From positions 75,814 to 139,813 of the forward strand of contig JBPOJE010000011.1 of the NCBI GenBank assembly GCA_052033935.1: a stretch of 64,000 nt of DNA, in the 5' to 3' direction. Source of the DNA: Armatimonadota bacterium. GTDB lineage: Bacteria; Armatimonadota; UBA5829; DSUL01. This document shows positions 38,301 through 48,119 of this stretch, piece by piece; position 1 is the stretch's first letter; every line of letters begins with the position of its first letter. The position numbers were made by a program, and so were the translations under genes. Under the pieces are notes generated by a model. It saw nothing but the letters and a program-made list of their open reading frames with translations. It was not told where the DNA came from and did not search any database.

Positions 38301-39080
38301 CTACTGGGGCAGCGGCTTGCGGCACAGATCGCCCAGAACGGACTCCACGATGTTGTCCCGCGGATACCCGCTGCCCAGATGCTGAATAAAGCCCTCGGCG
38401 GCCGCGAACCCGAACAGTTCACCGCGCTCGGCCACGGTCACGCGCATGTCCTCGATGTACTGGTCAATGTTGTGGTGGCGCCGCAGCCAGTCTCTCTGTG
38501 ACGCGTGGCAGGCGAGCATGCGCTCCTTGACATGCAGCTTCGACGAGATGTCCACGCCCATTGTGAGCGGCAGCGGACGGCCGTAGATATCGCAGCGCCC
38601 GGTGGCGTCCCAGTAGTAGAGACGCGGCACGCACGGTGCAGGCGGCAGCGGCTCGCCGCAGTCGCTGTTGGGGACGGCTGAAATGAAGCAGGCATGGCGC
38701 ACGAGGCGCGAGGTCTCCTCGTGGTCAACCATGTAGTCGGTGGGCGCGTGCGTGAACACGATGTCGGGCCGCGCCTTTCTGACCAGGCAGATCGCGCGGC
38801 GGCGGTAGGCGGCGTTGTATTCAATCTCCGCGTCATAGCCTCCGGCGAAGGTGAACCGGGCACCCAAAACATCGGCGGACGCCGCGCCCTCTCTCAGGCG
38901 CTTCTCGCGCACCTGCTGCGGCGGGAGAGTGGCCGAGCCGAGATCTCCGCCCGCCATGACAGCGATATGTATCTCGTACCCGCGATCCGCCAGAAGCGCG
39001 AGTGTTCCCGCGCAGCCGAACTCGACATCGTCCGGGTGCGCTCCGACAGCAAGAACCGTCTTGCTCATTTTGTTTTTCAC
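38301..39080 (-). CDS. PIG-L/LmbE family N-acetylglucosaminyl deacetylase
   Basis: AVGAHPDDVEFGCAGT N-terminal zinc-binding motif and the HxxH region of the LmbE-like fold. Confidence 0.8.
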   Translation of the reverse strand: MKNKMSKTVLAVGAHPDDVEFGCAGTLALLADRGYEIHIAVMAGGDLGSATLPPQQVREKRLREGAASADVLGARFTFAGGYDAEIEYNAAYRRRAICLVRKARPDIVFTHAPTDYMVDHEETSRLVRHACFISAVPNSDCGEPLPPAPCVPRLYYWDATGRCDIYGRPLPLTMGVDISSKLHVKERMLACHASQRDWLRRHHNIDQYIEDMRVTVAERGELFGFAAAEGFIQHLGSGYPRDNIVESVLGDLCRKPLPQ

Positions 39081-39442
39081 CTGCCCGGAGCGGTCACTCC
39101 GGCTTTCTGTTCGATATGCTGCTCGCGCATCTTCTGCTCATCCACGAACGGCTTGATGAATACCTGAATGGACGTCACCCGGTCCCACACATCCTTTTCG
39201 GACCAGCGGTGGCAGACCTGGCGGGGGCTTGCAGTATTGCAGAGCGCAGACCGCGCCTGATGACCGGTGAACTTGATGCAGACCCGGGGATCATCCGAGA
39301 TGTACGAACCGGCGTGCGCAAGGGCAACCGTTTCGCGCGTTCCATCACTGGCACGCTGGTTTGTTATGCCCGCCCGATGTTCTTTCCTTCGTAGAGCACT
39401 ATATGTAAGAGGACAATTGCGTGGCGGTAGCGAAGTTCTCAT
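39077..39442 (-). CDS. hypothetical small protein (121 aa)
   Basis: ORF overlapping the PIG-L start by 4 nt (ATGA coupling); no motif; lower GC in its 5' part. Confidence 0.3.
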   Translation of the reverse strand: MRTSLPPRNCPLTYSALRRKEHRAGITNQRASDGTRETVALAHAGSYISDDPRVCIKFTGHQARSALCNTASPRQVCHRWSEKDVWDRVTSIQVFIKPFVDEQKMREQHIEQKAGVTAPGR

Positions 39443-39531
39443 GGTAGCAATGTGTTAGCCGCCGGTTCTGGCTTAGTTCCTGACCGACGAGCCGCCAGAT
39501 CGGTGGGGAAGACCCAATTGGAGGGAAGATA

Positions 39532-42500
39532 ATGCGACTCCGTCACATAACGCTGGTGCTGCTGATCCTCGTGACCGCAGCCTCAACCGCCAGCGCAGCA
39601 GTTTACGTCAACAGGGATTACTACTGGTACGAGCCAGAGCGCGAATGGCGCTACAGCATAGTCGAGCGCCACTACGGCTCGGGCTCCAGCGTCACTTGGA
39701 ACGCCGATTCCAGCTTCGGACTTCAGGGTTCGGGACCGGTGTATATCTTCGAGGCCAACGTCTTTGTGGACGCGGGCGCCACACTGAACATCGGCCCCGG
39801 GGTCACGGTCAGGTTCCCGGGCAGCACCGGCATGTACGTACGCGGGACTCTGAACGCCCAGGGGACCGCAAACAGCCGCATCACATTCACATCCACGGGC
39901 GCCGCAAGCCCTGGGAGTTGGAGAGAGATAGCCTTCATCGGTGCGGACGCGAACGCGTCGCAGATGCGCTACTGCAACGTCACCGGCGGCGGTGACGGGG
40001 CCCATATCTCGGTGGGCGGGTTCTGGCACAACGCCAATGGCAACGTGATGGTGAGCGGCTGCTCACCGAAGTTCGAGAACTGCACGTTTTCTAGTTCAGC
40101 GAACTGCGCGTTCTACGGTCATGACGCCTGCCAGGCCGACATCGCCTACTGCTCGTTCTCCGGCAGTCCTTACGGCATCGTGCTGAAAGGAACATCGTAT
40201 CACCTTCCCTTCGGCGCTCAGCCGCCGATCCGGTCTTGCACGATCTCCGGCAACGGAATCGGGACGCACTCGTCGGCACAGGGCGCGGGAGCATTCGCGG
40301 CCAACAACACCGTCAGCGGCAACACGCGCAACGTCTGCGAGATATACGGCAGCTCGGTCCAGAACGCCACCGCCTGGCGCACGATGTCCGGTTCGCCGGT
40401 GTGGTATCTGCTGGGCGACGTCTACTGCGAAGCGGACAAGTCCATCACCATCGAACCGGGAGGCACTGTGAAGCTGGCCGGCTCGTCCATCTACAGCAGG
40501 GGCGTGCTGACGGCCAGCGGAACTGCCGCAGCCCCCATCCGCGTCACATCGTTCAAGAACGACGCCATCGGCGGCGACTCAAACGGCGATGGAGCCTCCA
40601 CGTCAGCCGAGGCAGGCGACTGGGGCACCATTCTGATGATCGGCTCCGGCTCGAACGCGTCCGCTTTCAACTACTGCAACATCTCTTTCGGGGGCAATGG
40701 GCGCCATGTCAGCAACCCCGGGTTCTGGCAGAACGAGCGCGGTCTGATCGGCTTCCACGAGTCAAACGCCTCCGTATCCAACTGCCAGCTCAGCAACTCG
40801 GCGAATGACGGGCTGTACCTGATGAACAACTCGCACCCGCAGTTCACCCAGACAGCGGCCACGAGCTGCGCTGCGTACGCAGTCTATTGCAGTGACATTG
40901 ACAGCAATCCCGCCCTGACCGCTTGCTCGGCAGCCTCTTGCGGAACGAACGGGATACGGATTCCCAACGGCACTCTTACCGGAAGCCGCACTTGGTACAA
41001 GTCCATACCCTACGTGGTCGAATCCAGCCTCTGGCTCCAGTCTGACGCGAGTCTTACGATTCAGCCCGGCGTCGCGGTGAAGTTCTCGGGGGGTGGCGCA
41101 TTGTACGCCAAGGGCAATCTGCAGGCTGTCGGAACCTCCGCAGAGCGAATCTACTTCACGGAACTCCGGGACGATGTGTACGGAGACACTAACAACGACG
41201 GCGGGGCGACTGCTCCAGCCAAAGGTGCCTGGAGGGACGTAGCGCTAATCGGACCCGAGGCCACTCCTTCGCGCCTGGAATACTGCACCGTGCGCTTTGG
41301 CGGCAACGGCTCCTATGACTGTGCGTCAGGCACGTGGTACAACCACTACGGCAACGTGTTTACGCACGACTCGGCGCCGGCGCTGCGCAACTGTGTATTC
41401 GAGCACTCGGCAAACTACGGCATCTACTCGCGCTGGGCCAGCAACCCGGTCATAGAGAACTGCGCCGTGCGAAACAACACGTATGGGATCGTAGTCGAGG
41501 ACGATGCGTTCCATTCGATCGCGGGCACCCCGCGCGTCAAGAGCTGCACGTTCACCCAGAACACCTGGGGCGCATCGTTGTCCGCGGAGTCGCTCAGCCA
41601 GTTCGCCGCGAACAACACGTTCTCCGGAAACACGAGCAACGCGCTGCGCGTGTACGCAAGCTCCATCGTCAATGACACGGCCATCTGGCGCAGGATGCTC
41701 GGGACGCCGACCATCGTCCTCGACGGGATCGTTCGCGTTCCCGAGGGCAAGATTCTCACGATCACCCCGAAGAACGTCGTGAAGCTCAACACGGGCGTAA
41801 GTATGTACGTGTACGGCAACCTGCAGGCGCCGGGGACGAGCGCTGAACCCATCTACTTTACGTCCTTTTCGGACGACACCATTGACGGGGACACGAACGC
41901 CAACTCCACTGAGACCGCACCGGCGGCCGGGGACTGGAACTCCGTCCTGTTTTCCGGGGCGGGCAGCAGCAGTTCGCTTCTGCGCCACTGCCACATTCGC
42001 TACGGAGCGCGCGGGGACCACAACTCCTCTCCAGGCTACTACATAAGCCACAATGGCTCGCTGATGTTCAAGCAGTCGGACGCCAGCATCGAGGACGTGA
42101 GCATCAGCAGTTCCAAACACCGCGGCATTGATGTGCACGACAACTCTCACCCCTCGATACTGCGAACGAGCATTACGGGAAGCGGTTCGTACGCGATGTG
42201 GCAGAGCGTCAGCAGCAACGCTTCGCTGTCGCTGTGCACCGCGTCCGGGAACGCCTGGAACGGCATCTACCTGCAGGGCGGCACAATCTCCGATTCGCGG
42301 ACCTGGTACAGGTCCATACCTTATGTTATGCCGGAGACTCTCTGGGTCGAGGCGGGCGCGCAGTTGACGCTGCAGCCCGGAACCATCGTCAAGCTGCACA
42401 GCGGGATCGGGCTGTACTGCTCCGGGGATCTCCAGGCCGTTGCCCAAGACGCAGACCTGAAGATCGTCTTCACCTCCGTCAAGGACGACAACGCCGGCGG

Positions 42501-44487
42501 CGACACGAACGGAGACGGGGAAGCAACAACGCCGGCGGGCGGCGACTGGAGGGAGGTGGCGATCTCGGGCGCGGACTCGTCCGGGACGGCCCTTCGGAAC
42601 TGCATCATCCGTTACGGCGGTGACAGCTCGTATCAGAGCACACCGGGCTACTGGCACAATGCATACGGCACGTTGATGCTGCACGATACCTCGGCATCCG
42701 TGGAAAAGTGCGAGATATCCAACTCGGGCAATATGGGCGTCTATTGCCGGGCGAACTGTCTCGCGAGTCTCGTGGAGAACACGATTCACTCCAACCCCAG
42801 CCACGGCCTGTACGCCGAGGACTCCTACAACACCGTCCTGACCCCGCTGCCGATCCGCTGCAACGAGATACGGGGGTCGGTAGCGAACGCGGCGATATCG
42901 GTCAACGCCAACACAGCCTGCAGCATCGCTTCCGACAACTACGTGGATGATAACGCGCAGAACGGGATTGAGGTGCGGACGGGCGTCCTCGGGGTGAGCG
43001 GCACCTGGCACAGAGTCTCGGCCGGGAACTGTCCGTTCATCATCTCGGGGCGCACGTCGTTCGAAGCCCCGACGGCACTGACGATCGAACCCGGTGTGAC
43101 GGTGAAGTTCGGGCCGGGGGCCTGGCTCGGAGTTGCGGGGACACTGACGGCGCAGGGCACGCACTCGAGCCGGATCGCATTCACGTCCATCAAGGATGAC
43201 TCTTTCGCCGGTGACACCAACGGCGACGGCTCCGGCACATCGCCCGCCAGGGGCGACTGGAAGGAAGTCGCGGTCTATGGCGGCGGCGACGCGAGTCAGT
43301 TCGAGTACTGCATCTTCCGCTATGCCGGGAGTGCCAGCTACTCGGATCACGGCGGGTTCTGGCATACCAGCGATGGCAATGTCTACCTGAACGGGGTCGC
43401 GCCCGCGTTCGATCACTGCGAGTTCAGCTTCTCAGGACGGGACGGGGTGGCCAACGGTGGGGCCGATGTCACCTACCAGAGCTGCACTTTCGCGAACAAC
43501 GCCCGATTGGGCCTGTACACTTTCGGAGACTCGGACATAACGCTCAACAGTTGCATCTCCGCGGGCAACCTGGAGGCAACGCAGGTCAACGGCGAGGAAG
43601 GCGGCAGCATCGTCGCCAACTACTGCGACCTCGTAGGCGCCAACAAGTTCCGGAAGCAGCTATGGGACAATGTGAACAAACAGTGGTACTGGGCATGGAC
43701 TGACACCTTCCCGCCCGGGATGGGCAGCTTCTCGGCCGACCCACTGTTTGCCAACGCAGCCGGGGGGAACTTCAACCTGAGTCCGCCGTCGCCGTGCATC
43801 AACACCGGCGACCCGGGCAAGACCGACCCGGACGGAAGCAGGATGGACGTCGGGGCGTATCCGTTCACGGGAGCCGTTGCGACTCCGACTGTCGGCTCTA
43901 CCCGGAATCTGCCCGATGGAGCAAACATTCAGTTGACAGGCAAAACGGTGACAGCGGGGACGAACGAGGTCGCCGGGCGTCTGTATATCCAGGATCCCGA
44001 CCGCTCGAGCGGCATAGCGGTGATCACCTCAACGCCGGTCTCGGCCGGGGCGGTCGTGACCGTTTCCGGCTCACTCGGGCGAGTGGAAGGCGAACGGGCG
44101 CTGATCAACACGATCGTGCAGGTGGTCTCGCCTTCGGGCGCTCAACTTCCCATCCCGATGTATGTGAACGGACGGGACATGGGCGGCCGGAGCCTGAATG
44201 TGCTCAACCCGGGCGTTCCCGGTTCTGCCGGGATGTACAACCTGGGGCTGCTTATCCGGGCCGCCGGCAAGGTAACCGCAGTCGGAACAGGATGCTTCTG
44301 GCTGAATGACGGCGGCAGCCGCGCCGCGGAGGGCGGCAGAACGGGCATCAAGGTGCTCTCGAATGCCGCCGTGACCGTGGGCAAGGCCGTCAAGGTGACG
44401 GGCGTGTCGTCGGCGTACAGCGACGGCGGCACAATCCGCAGCGTCATCCGGACACGCACCGCGGCCGATGTGACAGCGGTCAACTAG
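39532..44487 (+). CDS. giant secreted right-handed parallel beta-helix repeat protein (1651 aa) with six ~290-aa modules
   Basis: Strong GGAGGG Shine-Dalgarno-like sequence; signal peptide MRLRHITLVLLILVTAASTASAAV. Six repeats, each ending with the signature [IV]xFTSxxDDxxGGDTN(G/A)DGxxTxPAxGDWxxVxxxGxxxxxxxxxYCxIRYGG followed by a NosD/pectate-lyase-like beta-helix (CxxSNSANxGxY ...). Confidence 0.8.
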   Translation: MRLRHITLVLLILVTAASTASAAVYVNRDYYWYEPEREWRYSIVERHYGSGSSVTWNADSSFGLQGSGPVYIFEANVFVDAGATLNIGPGVTVRFPGSTGMYVRGTLNAQGTANSRITFTSTGAASPGSWREIAFIGADANASQMRYCNVTGGGDGAHISVGGFWHNANGNVMVSGCSPKFENCTFSSSANCAFYGHDACQADIAYCSFSGSPYGIVLKGTSYHLPFGAQPPIRSCTISGNGIGTHSSAQGAGAFAANNTVSGNTRNVCEIYGSSVQNATAWRTMSGSPVWYLLGDVYCEADKSITIEPGGTVKLAGSSIYSRGVLTASGTAAAPIRVTSFKNDAIGGDSNGDGASTSAEAGDWGTILMIGSGSNASAFNYCNISFGGNGRHVSNPGFWQNERGLIGFHESNASVSNCQLSNSANDGLYLMNNSHPQFTQTAATSCAAYAVYCSDIDSNPALTACSAASCGTNGIRIPNGTLTGSRTWYKSIPYVVESSLWLQSDASLTIQPGVAVKFSGGGALYAKGNLQAVGTSAERIYFTELRDDVYGDTNNDGGATAPAKGAWRDVALIGPEATPSRLEYCTVRFGGNGSYDCASGTWYNHYGNVFTHDSAPALRNCVFEHSANYGIYSRWASNPVIENCAVRNNTYGIVVEDDAFHSIAGTPRVKSCTFTQNTWGASLSAESLSQFAANNTFSGNTSNALRVYASSIVNDTAIWRRMLGTPTIVLDGIVRVPEGKILTITPKNVVKLNTGVSMYVYGNLQAPGTSAEPIYFTSFSDDTIDGDTNANSTETAPAAGDWNSVLFSGAGSSSSLLRHCHIRYGARGDHNSSPGYYISHNGSLMFKQSDASIEDVSISSSKHRGIDVHDNSHPSILRTSITGSGSYAMWQSVSSNASLSLCTASGNAWNGIYLQGGTISDSRTWYRSIPYVMPETLWVEAGAQLTLQPGTIVKLHSGIGLYCSGDLQAVAQDADLKIVFTSVKDDNAGGDTNGDGEATTPAGGDWREVAISGADSSGTALRNCIIRYGGDSSYQSTPGYWHNAYGTLMLHDTSASVEKCEISNSGNMGVYCRANCLASLVENTIHSNPSHGLYAEDSYNTVLTPLPIRCNEIRGSVANAAISVNANTACSIASDNYVDDNAQNGIEVRTGVLGVSGTWHRVSAGNCPFIISGRTSFEAPTALTIEPGVTVKFGPGAWLGVAGTLTAQGTHSSRIAFTSIKDDSFAGDTNGDGSGTSPARGDWKEVAVYGGGDASQFEYCIFRYAGSASYSDHGGFWHTSDGNVYLNGVAPAFDHCEFSFSGRDGVANGGADVTYQSCTFANNARLGLYTFGDSDITLNSCISAGNLEATQVNGEEGGSIVANYCDLVGANKFRKQLWDNVNKQWYWAWTDTFPPGMGSFSADPLFANAAGGNFNLSPPSPCINTGDPGKTDPDGSRMDVGAYPFTGAVATPTVGSTRNLPDGANIQLTGKTVTAGTNEVAGRLYIQDPDRSSGIAVITSTPVSAGAVVTVSGSLGRVEGERALINTIVQVVSPSGAQLPIPMYVNGRDMGGRSLNVLNPGVPGSAGMYNLGLLIRAAGKVTAVGTGCFWLNDGGSRAAEGGRTGIKVLSNAAVTVGKAVKVTGVSSAYSDGGTIRSVIRTRTAADVTAVN

Positions 44488-44520
44488 CCAAAGTACAAAA
44501 AGTTCAACTGGTGAACGACA

Positions 44521-44552
44521 GGGCCGGCGCGCGACGCGCCGGCCCTTTTTTG
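44521..44552. terminator. rho-independent terminator (bidirectional position)
   Basis: GGGCCGGCGCGCGACGCGCCGGCCC hairpin followed by TTTTTT, 34 nt after the stop of the beta-helix gene and 25 nt from the 3' end of the convergent DeoR gene. Confidence 0.65.
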
Positions 44553-44576
44553 CTGCAGATACTCAGGAAACGGGGG

Positions 44577-45371
44577 TCAGGGACCGCCGGGATCCGGACA
44601 GACGCCGTCTCTTGAAGCGAGCACGACTTCCACTCCGTGCTCGCGAAGCATTCGCAGATGTTGCGGACCCGCATTGACATCGGTGACAAGCACGTCGAGC
44701 ATCTCGACCGGGCCGACCAGCGCGTTCGCATGGAGGCCGAGCTTCGACGAATCGCACAGCCCGACGACCTTCCTCGCATGCGCCAGAATCCGGCGGTCGA
44801 GCATCGCTGGCGCGCGGCTGGCGCTGGTGATGCCGTGCTGCTCGTCGAGCGCCGTCATCCCGTAGAAGGCAACATCCCAGAACAGGCTGTCTATCGCATC
44901 GTCCGAGAGCGACCCATCGGTTTCCTGAGACTCCCGGATCACGCGCCCTCCGAGAAGCTCCACGGTCACAGTGGGGAGGCAGGAGACGAGCAGGGCAAGC
45001 TCGGGGGAGTTGGTAGTAATGGCGATCTGGTGCTCGCCGGTCATTGCGGCCGCAAGCTGCAGAGTGGTGCTGCCCGCATTGATGAACACGCAACCGCTTG
45101 ACGGCAGCAGGCGGGCGGCAGCGGCTCCGATCCAAGATTTCTCTTCGAGGTGGGTGGCGCGCATCTGCGCATAGGGGGGAGTGGGCCTTCCGGTTCCGTT
45201 CAGCACCGCTCCGCCGTGCGAGCGCCGCAGCTTGCCTTCGCGCTGAAGCGCGTCCAGGTCGGCGCGGACGGTGTTCTGCGCGACGCCGAGCAACACTGCG
45301 AGATCGGAAACGCTGACGGAGCCATCCCTGAGCGCAAGATCGAGAATCCTGCGGCGCCGCTCGATAGCCAT
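44577..45371 (-). CDS. DeoR family transcriptional regulator
   Basis: MAIERRRRILDLALRDGSVSVSDLAVLLGVAQNTVRADL HTH and C-terminal DeoR sugar-binding domain. Alternative upstream start at 45407. Confidence 0.75.
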   Translation of the reverse strand: MAIERRRRILDLALRDGSVSVSDLAVLLGVAQNTVRADLDALQREGKLRRSHGGAVLNGTGRPTPPYAQMRATHLEEKSWIGAAAARLLPSSGCVFINAGSTTLQLAAAMTGEHQIAITTNSPELALLVSCLPTVTVELLGGRVIRESQETDGSLSDDAIDSLFWDVAFYGMTALDEQHGITSASRAPAMLDRRILAHARKVVGLCDSSKLGLHANALVGPVEMLDVLVTDVNAGPQHLRMLREHGVEVVLASRDGVCPDPGGP

Positions 45372-45585
45372 CAGGCTCCTACCAGATTCGGTCTTCTGTC
45401 TGCTCATAATGCTGCCTGCCTGCTGGATGATAGGACTTCGTCCGGCATTCGTCAACGGAAAGACGCCAGTGTTCTGAGCATGTCTGCGGAGTATGTGCGT
45501 TTTGCTTGACATTGGCGGAGAATCTTGAGTTAATGAGAGCAGGCCGAAGACAGCATATCCGGCCGCTTCTGGAGGTTTCCCGAAC

Positions 45586-46959
45586 ATGGCAGCAGCAAAT
45601 GGCGAACGTTACTGGGCGGATGTTGATCCCGCTTCCCTGCCCCATCTGGTCACCGAGCCGCCCGGGCCGAAATCCCGCGAGATGCACGGCAGGGCGTCGA
45701 GCATCATACGGGGGCTCTCGGGTCAGGTGCGCTTGTTTCCCGTCGTCTTCGAAAAGGGACACGGCTGCGTGCTGGAGGACGTGGACGGCAACCGCTACAT
45801 AGACTTCTCGAGCGGCATATACGTGACGACGCTCGGCCACTGTCATCCGAAGGTCTCGGAGGCGGTCGCGAAGGCGGCGAACACGCTGATGAACGCCCAC
45901 GACTTCACGACGCCGATCAAGGTGAAGCTGCTGGAGAAGCTGGTGGAAGTGTTGCCCGGCGACCTCAAGGGCGTTCAGCTTTACGACAGCGGAACGACTG
46001 CGGTGGAGGCGGGACTGCGCACCTGCCGCGCAGCGACGAGCAGGCAGGAGTTCCTCTCCTGCTTCCGCGACTTCCACGGCAAGACCGGGCACGCCGTCAG
46101 CCTTGCGAGCACGAACAAGCTGTATGGCCCCACCCGTTCACCCGGGTTCTATCTTCTGCCCCGCCCGGACACGTACCGGCCGCTGTTCACCCGGAACGAT
46201 GGCTCGCTGGACACGGAGAAGTATCTGGAGCTCTACGCCAGCTTCATTACGAACGCAACGGCCGGCGACGTGGCGGCATTCGTGCTGGAGCCGATTCAGG
46301 GCTGGGGCGGCTCGGTGATGCCTCCGGACGACTTCTTCCCGAAGCTGCGCAAGTTCTGCGACGAGCGGGGCATTCTGCTGTTCGCGGACGAGGTGCTCAC
46401 CAGCATGGGGCGCACGGGCAAGTATCTGTGCATGGAGCACTGGGACGTGATGCCGGACGTCGTGACGCTCGGCAAGGGCTTCGGCAACGGCTTCCCCGTG
46501 ACGGCGATGGTGGTGCGCGAGCAGTACGCGGACGCCGTGGACAAGATCAGCGCCAGCACGAGCTACGGAGGAAACCCGATGGCGTGCGCGGCAGCGCTTG
46601 CCTGCATCGAGGCGATTGAAGAGGAGAACCTGCTGGAGCGCGCTATGCACCTGGAGGATCTCTTCCGCCGCAAGATGGCGCACTGGACATCAAAGTACAA
46701 CATCGTCGGCGACACCCGCGTGAAGGGCTGCCTGATGGGAATCGAACTCGTGAAGGGCAAGGCCACCAAGGAGCCGTTCGACGAGGCGGGCAAGCTGGTC
46801 TATCAGACGGCCTTCCGGAAGGGACTGGCGTGGGTCCCGGCAGGACACATCTTGCGCATGAGCCCACCGATAGTCATGTCCGACGCGCTCGCCGAAAAGG
46901 CCATGGACATCATCGAGGAATCCATCGCGGAGGTGCAGGCGAAGCTGGGGTACGCGTGA
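45586..46959 (+). CDS. class III (aspartate aminotransferase family) PLP-dependent aminotransferase
   Basis: 457 aa; DEVLTSMGRTGKYLCMEHWDVMPDVVTLGKGFGNGFPV with the PLP lysine-region signature. Confidence 0.85.
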   Translation: MAAANGERYWADVDPASLPHLVTEPPGPKSREMHGRASSIIRGLSGQVRLFPVVFEKGHGCVLEDVDGNRYIDFSSGIYVTTLGHCHPKVSEAVAKAANTLMNAHDFTTPIKVKLLEKLVEVLPGDLKGVQLYDSGTTAVEAGLRTCRAATSRQEFLSCFRDFHGKTGHAVSLASTNKLYGPTRSPGFYLLPRPDTYRPLFTRNDGSLDTEKYLELYASFITNATAGDVAAFVLEPIQGWGGSVMPPDDFFPKLRKFCDERGILLFADEVLTSMGRTGKYLCMEHWDVMPDVVTLGKGFGNGFPVTAMVVREQYADAVDKISASTSYGGNPMACAAALACIEAIEEENLLERAMHLEDLFRRKMAHWTSKYNIVGDTRVKGCLMGIELVKGKATKEPFDEAGKLVYQTAFRKGLAWVPAGHILRMSPPIVMSDALAEKAMDIIEESIAEVQAKLGYA

Positions 46960-48119
46960 TGAAGACGGTGCGGTTCGGCATTATCGGCTGCGGGCTAATG
47001 GGCCGGGAGTTCGCGAGCGCGGCCGCGCGCCGGTGTCATTTGCCCGAAATGGACGTGCGCCCGGAGATCGTGGCCGTCTGCGACACCAGCGAGGCGATGC
47101 TCGACTGGTTCCGGCAGCATTTCGACAGCGTCAAGCAGGTCACGTCCGACTACCGGGACATACTGCGGAACCCGGACGTGGAAGCAGTTTACTGTGCGGT
47201 TCCGCACAACCTGCACCAGCAGTTCTACTGCGACACCATTCGCGCGGGCAAGCACCTGATGGGCGAGAAGCCCTTCGGCATAGACCTGCCAGCGAACCGC
47301 GCCATCATGGAGTGCATCGCGGAGCACCCGGGCGTGTTCGTGCGGTGTTCGTCGGAATACCCGTTCATCCCCGCCATGCAGCGTCTGTGCCGCATGGTCG
47401 AGTCGGGAGAGTGCGGCGAGATCATCGAAGTCAACACGGGCTTTTTGCACTCGAGCGACATGGACCCCGCCAAACCGATCAACTGGAAGCGGATGAAGCA
47501 GTTCAATGGGGAGTACGGGTGCCTGGGTGATCTGGGCATGCATCCCTGCCATGTGCCGTTCCGCGCGGGCTGGGTTCCGAAGAACGTCCGGGCCATCCTT
47601 TCGAAGCTGATTACCGAGCGCCCGGACGGCAAGGGCGGGATGGTCCCATGCGAGACATGGGACAACGGCACGATGTTCTGCGAGACGCTCGACCCGCGCA
47701 CGGGCAAGCTGTTCCCGTGGACTATCAAGACGCAGAGGATCGCCCCCGGCGAGAAGGATACCTGGTACTGCGAAGTGCTCGGTATGCGCAAGAGCGTGGG
47801 GTACAACTCGAAAAACACCGACAGCATCAGGATCATGGACTACTCGCGGAAGGGCGAGCAGGCGTGGCTGCACATAGACATGGGGCACGAGACGGCGTTC
47901 AAGAGTATCACGGGCGGCATCTTCGAGTTCGGGTTCTCGGACGCAGTGCTGCAGATGTGGGCGGCGTTTCTGTATGAGCTGGTGCACGGACAGGCGCCGT
48001 CGCTGTTCACCGGCTGTGTCACGCCCGAAGAGACGGCTCTCAGCCATCGGCTTTTCACGGCCGCGCTCGAATCGCACAAGAACCAGTCCACAGTGCCGGT
48101 GGACGCGGGGCTACAGTGA
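46959..48119 (+). CDS. Gfo/Idh/MocA family NAD(P)-dependent oxidoreductase
   Basis: MKTVRFGIIGCGLMGREFASA Rossmann N-terminus. Start overlaps the aminotransferase stop (TGATG). Confidence 0.8.
   Translation: MKTVRFGIIGCGLMGREFASAAARRCHLPEMDVRPEIVAVCDTSEAMLDWFRQHFDSVKQVTSDYRDILRNPDVEAVYCAVPHNLHQQFYCDTIRAGKHLMGEKPFGIDLPANRAIMECIAEHPGVFVRCSSEYPFIPAMQRLCRMVESGECGEIIEVNTGFLHSSDMDPAKPINWKRMKQFNGEYGCLGDLGMHPCHVPFRAGWVPKNVRAILSKLITERPDGKGGMVPCETWDNGTMFCETLDPRTGKLFPWTIKTQRIAPGEKDTWYCEVLGMRKSVGYNSKNTDSIRIMDYSRKGEQAWLHIDMGHETAFKSITGGIFEFGFSDAVLQMWAAFLYELVHGQAPSLFTGCVTPEETALSHRLFTAALESHKNQSTVPVDAGLQ

Noticed and set aside
46830-46958. Longer N-terminal extension of the Gfo/Idh/MocA gene starting at 46830
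   Set aside because: The extension overlaps the aminotransferase C-terminus in another frame and is Arg/His-rich. MKTVRFGIIGCG at 46959 is the canonical Rossmann start with a TGATG overlap.
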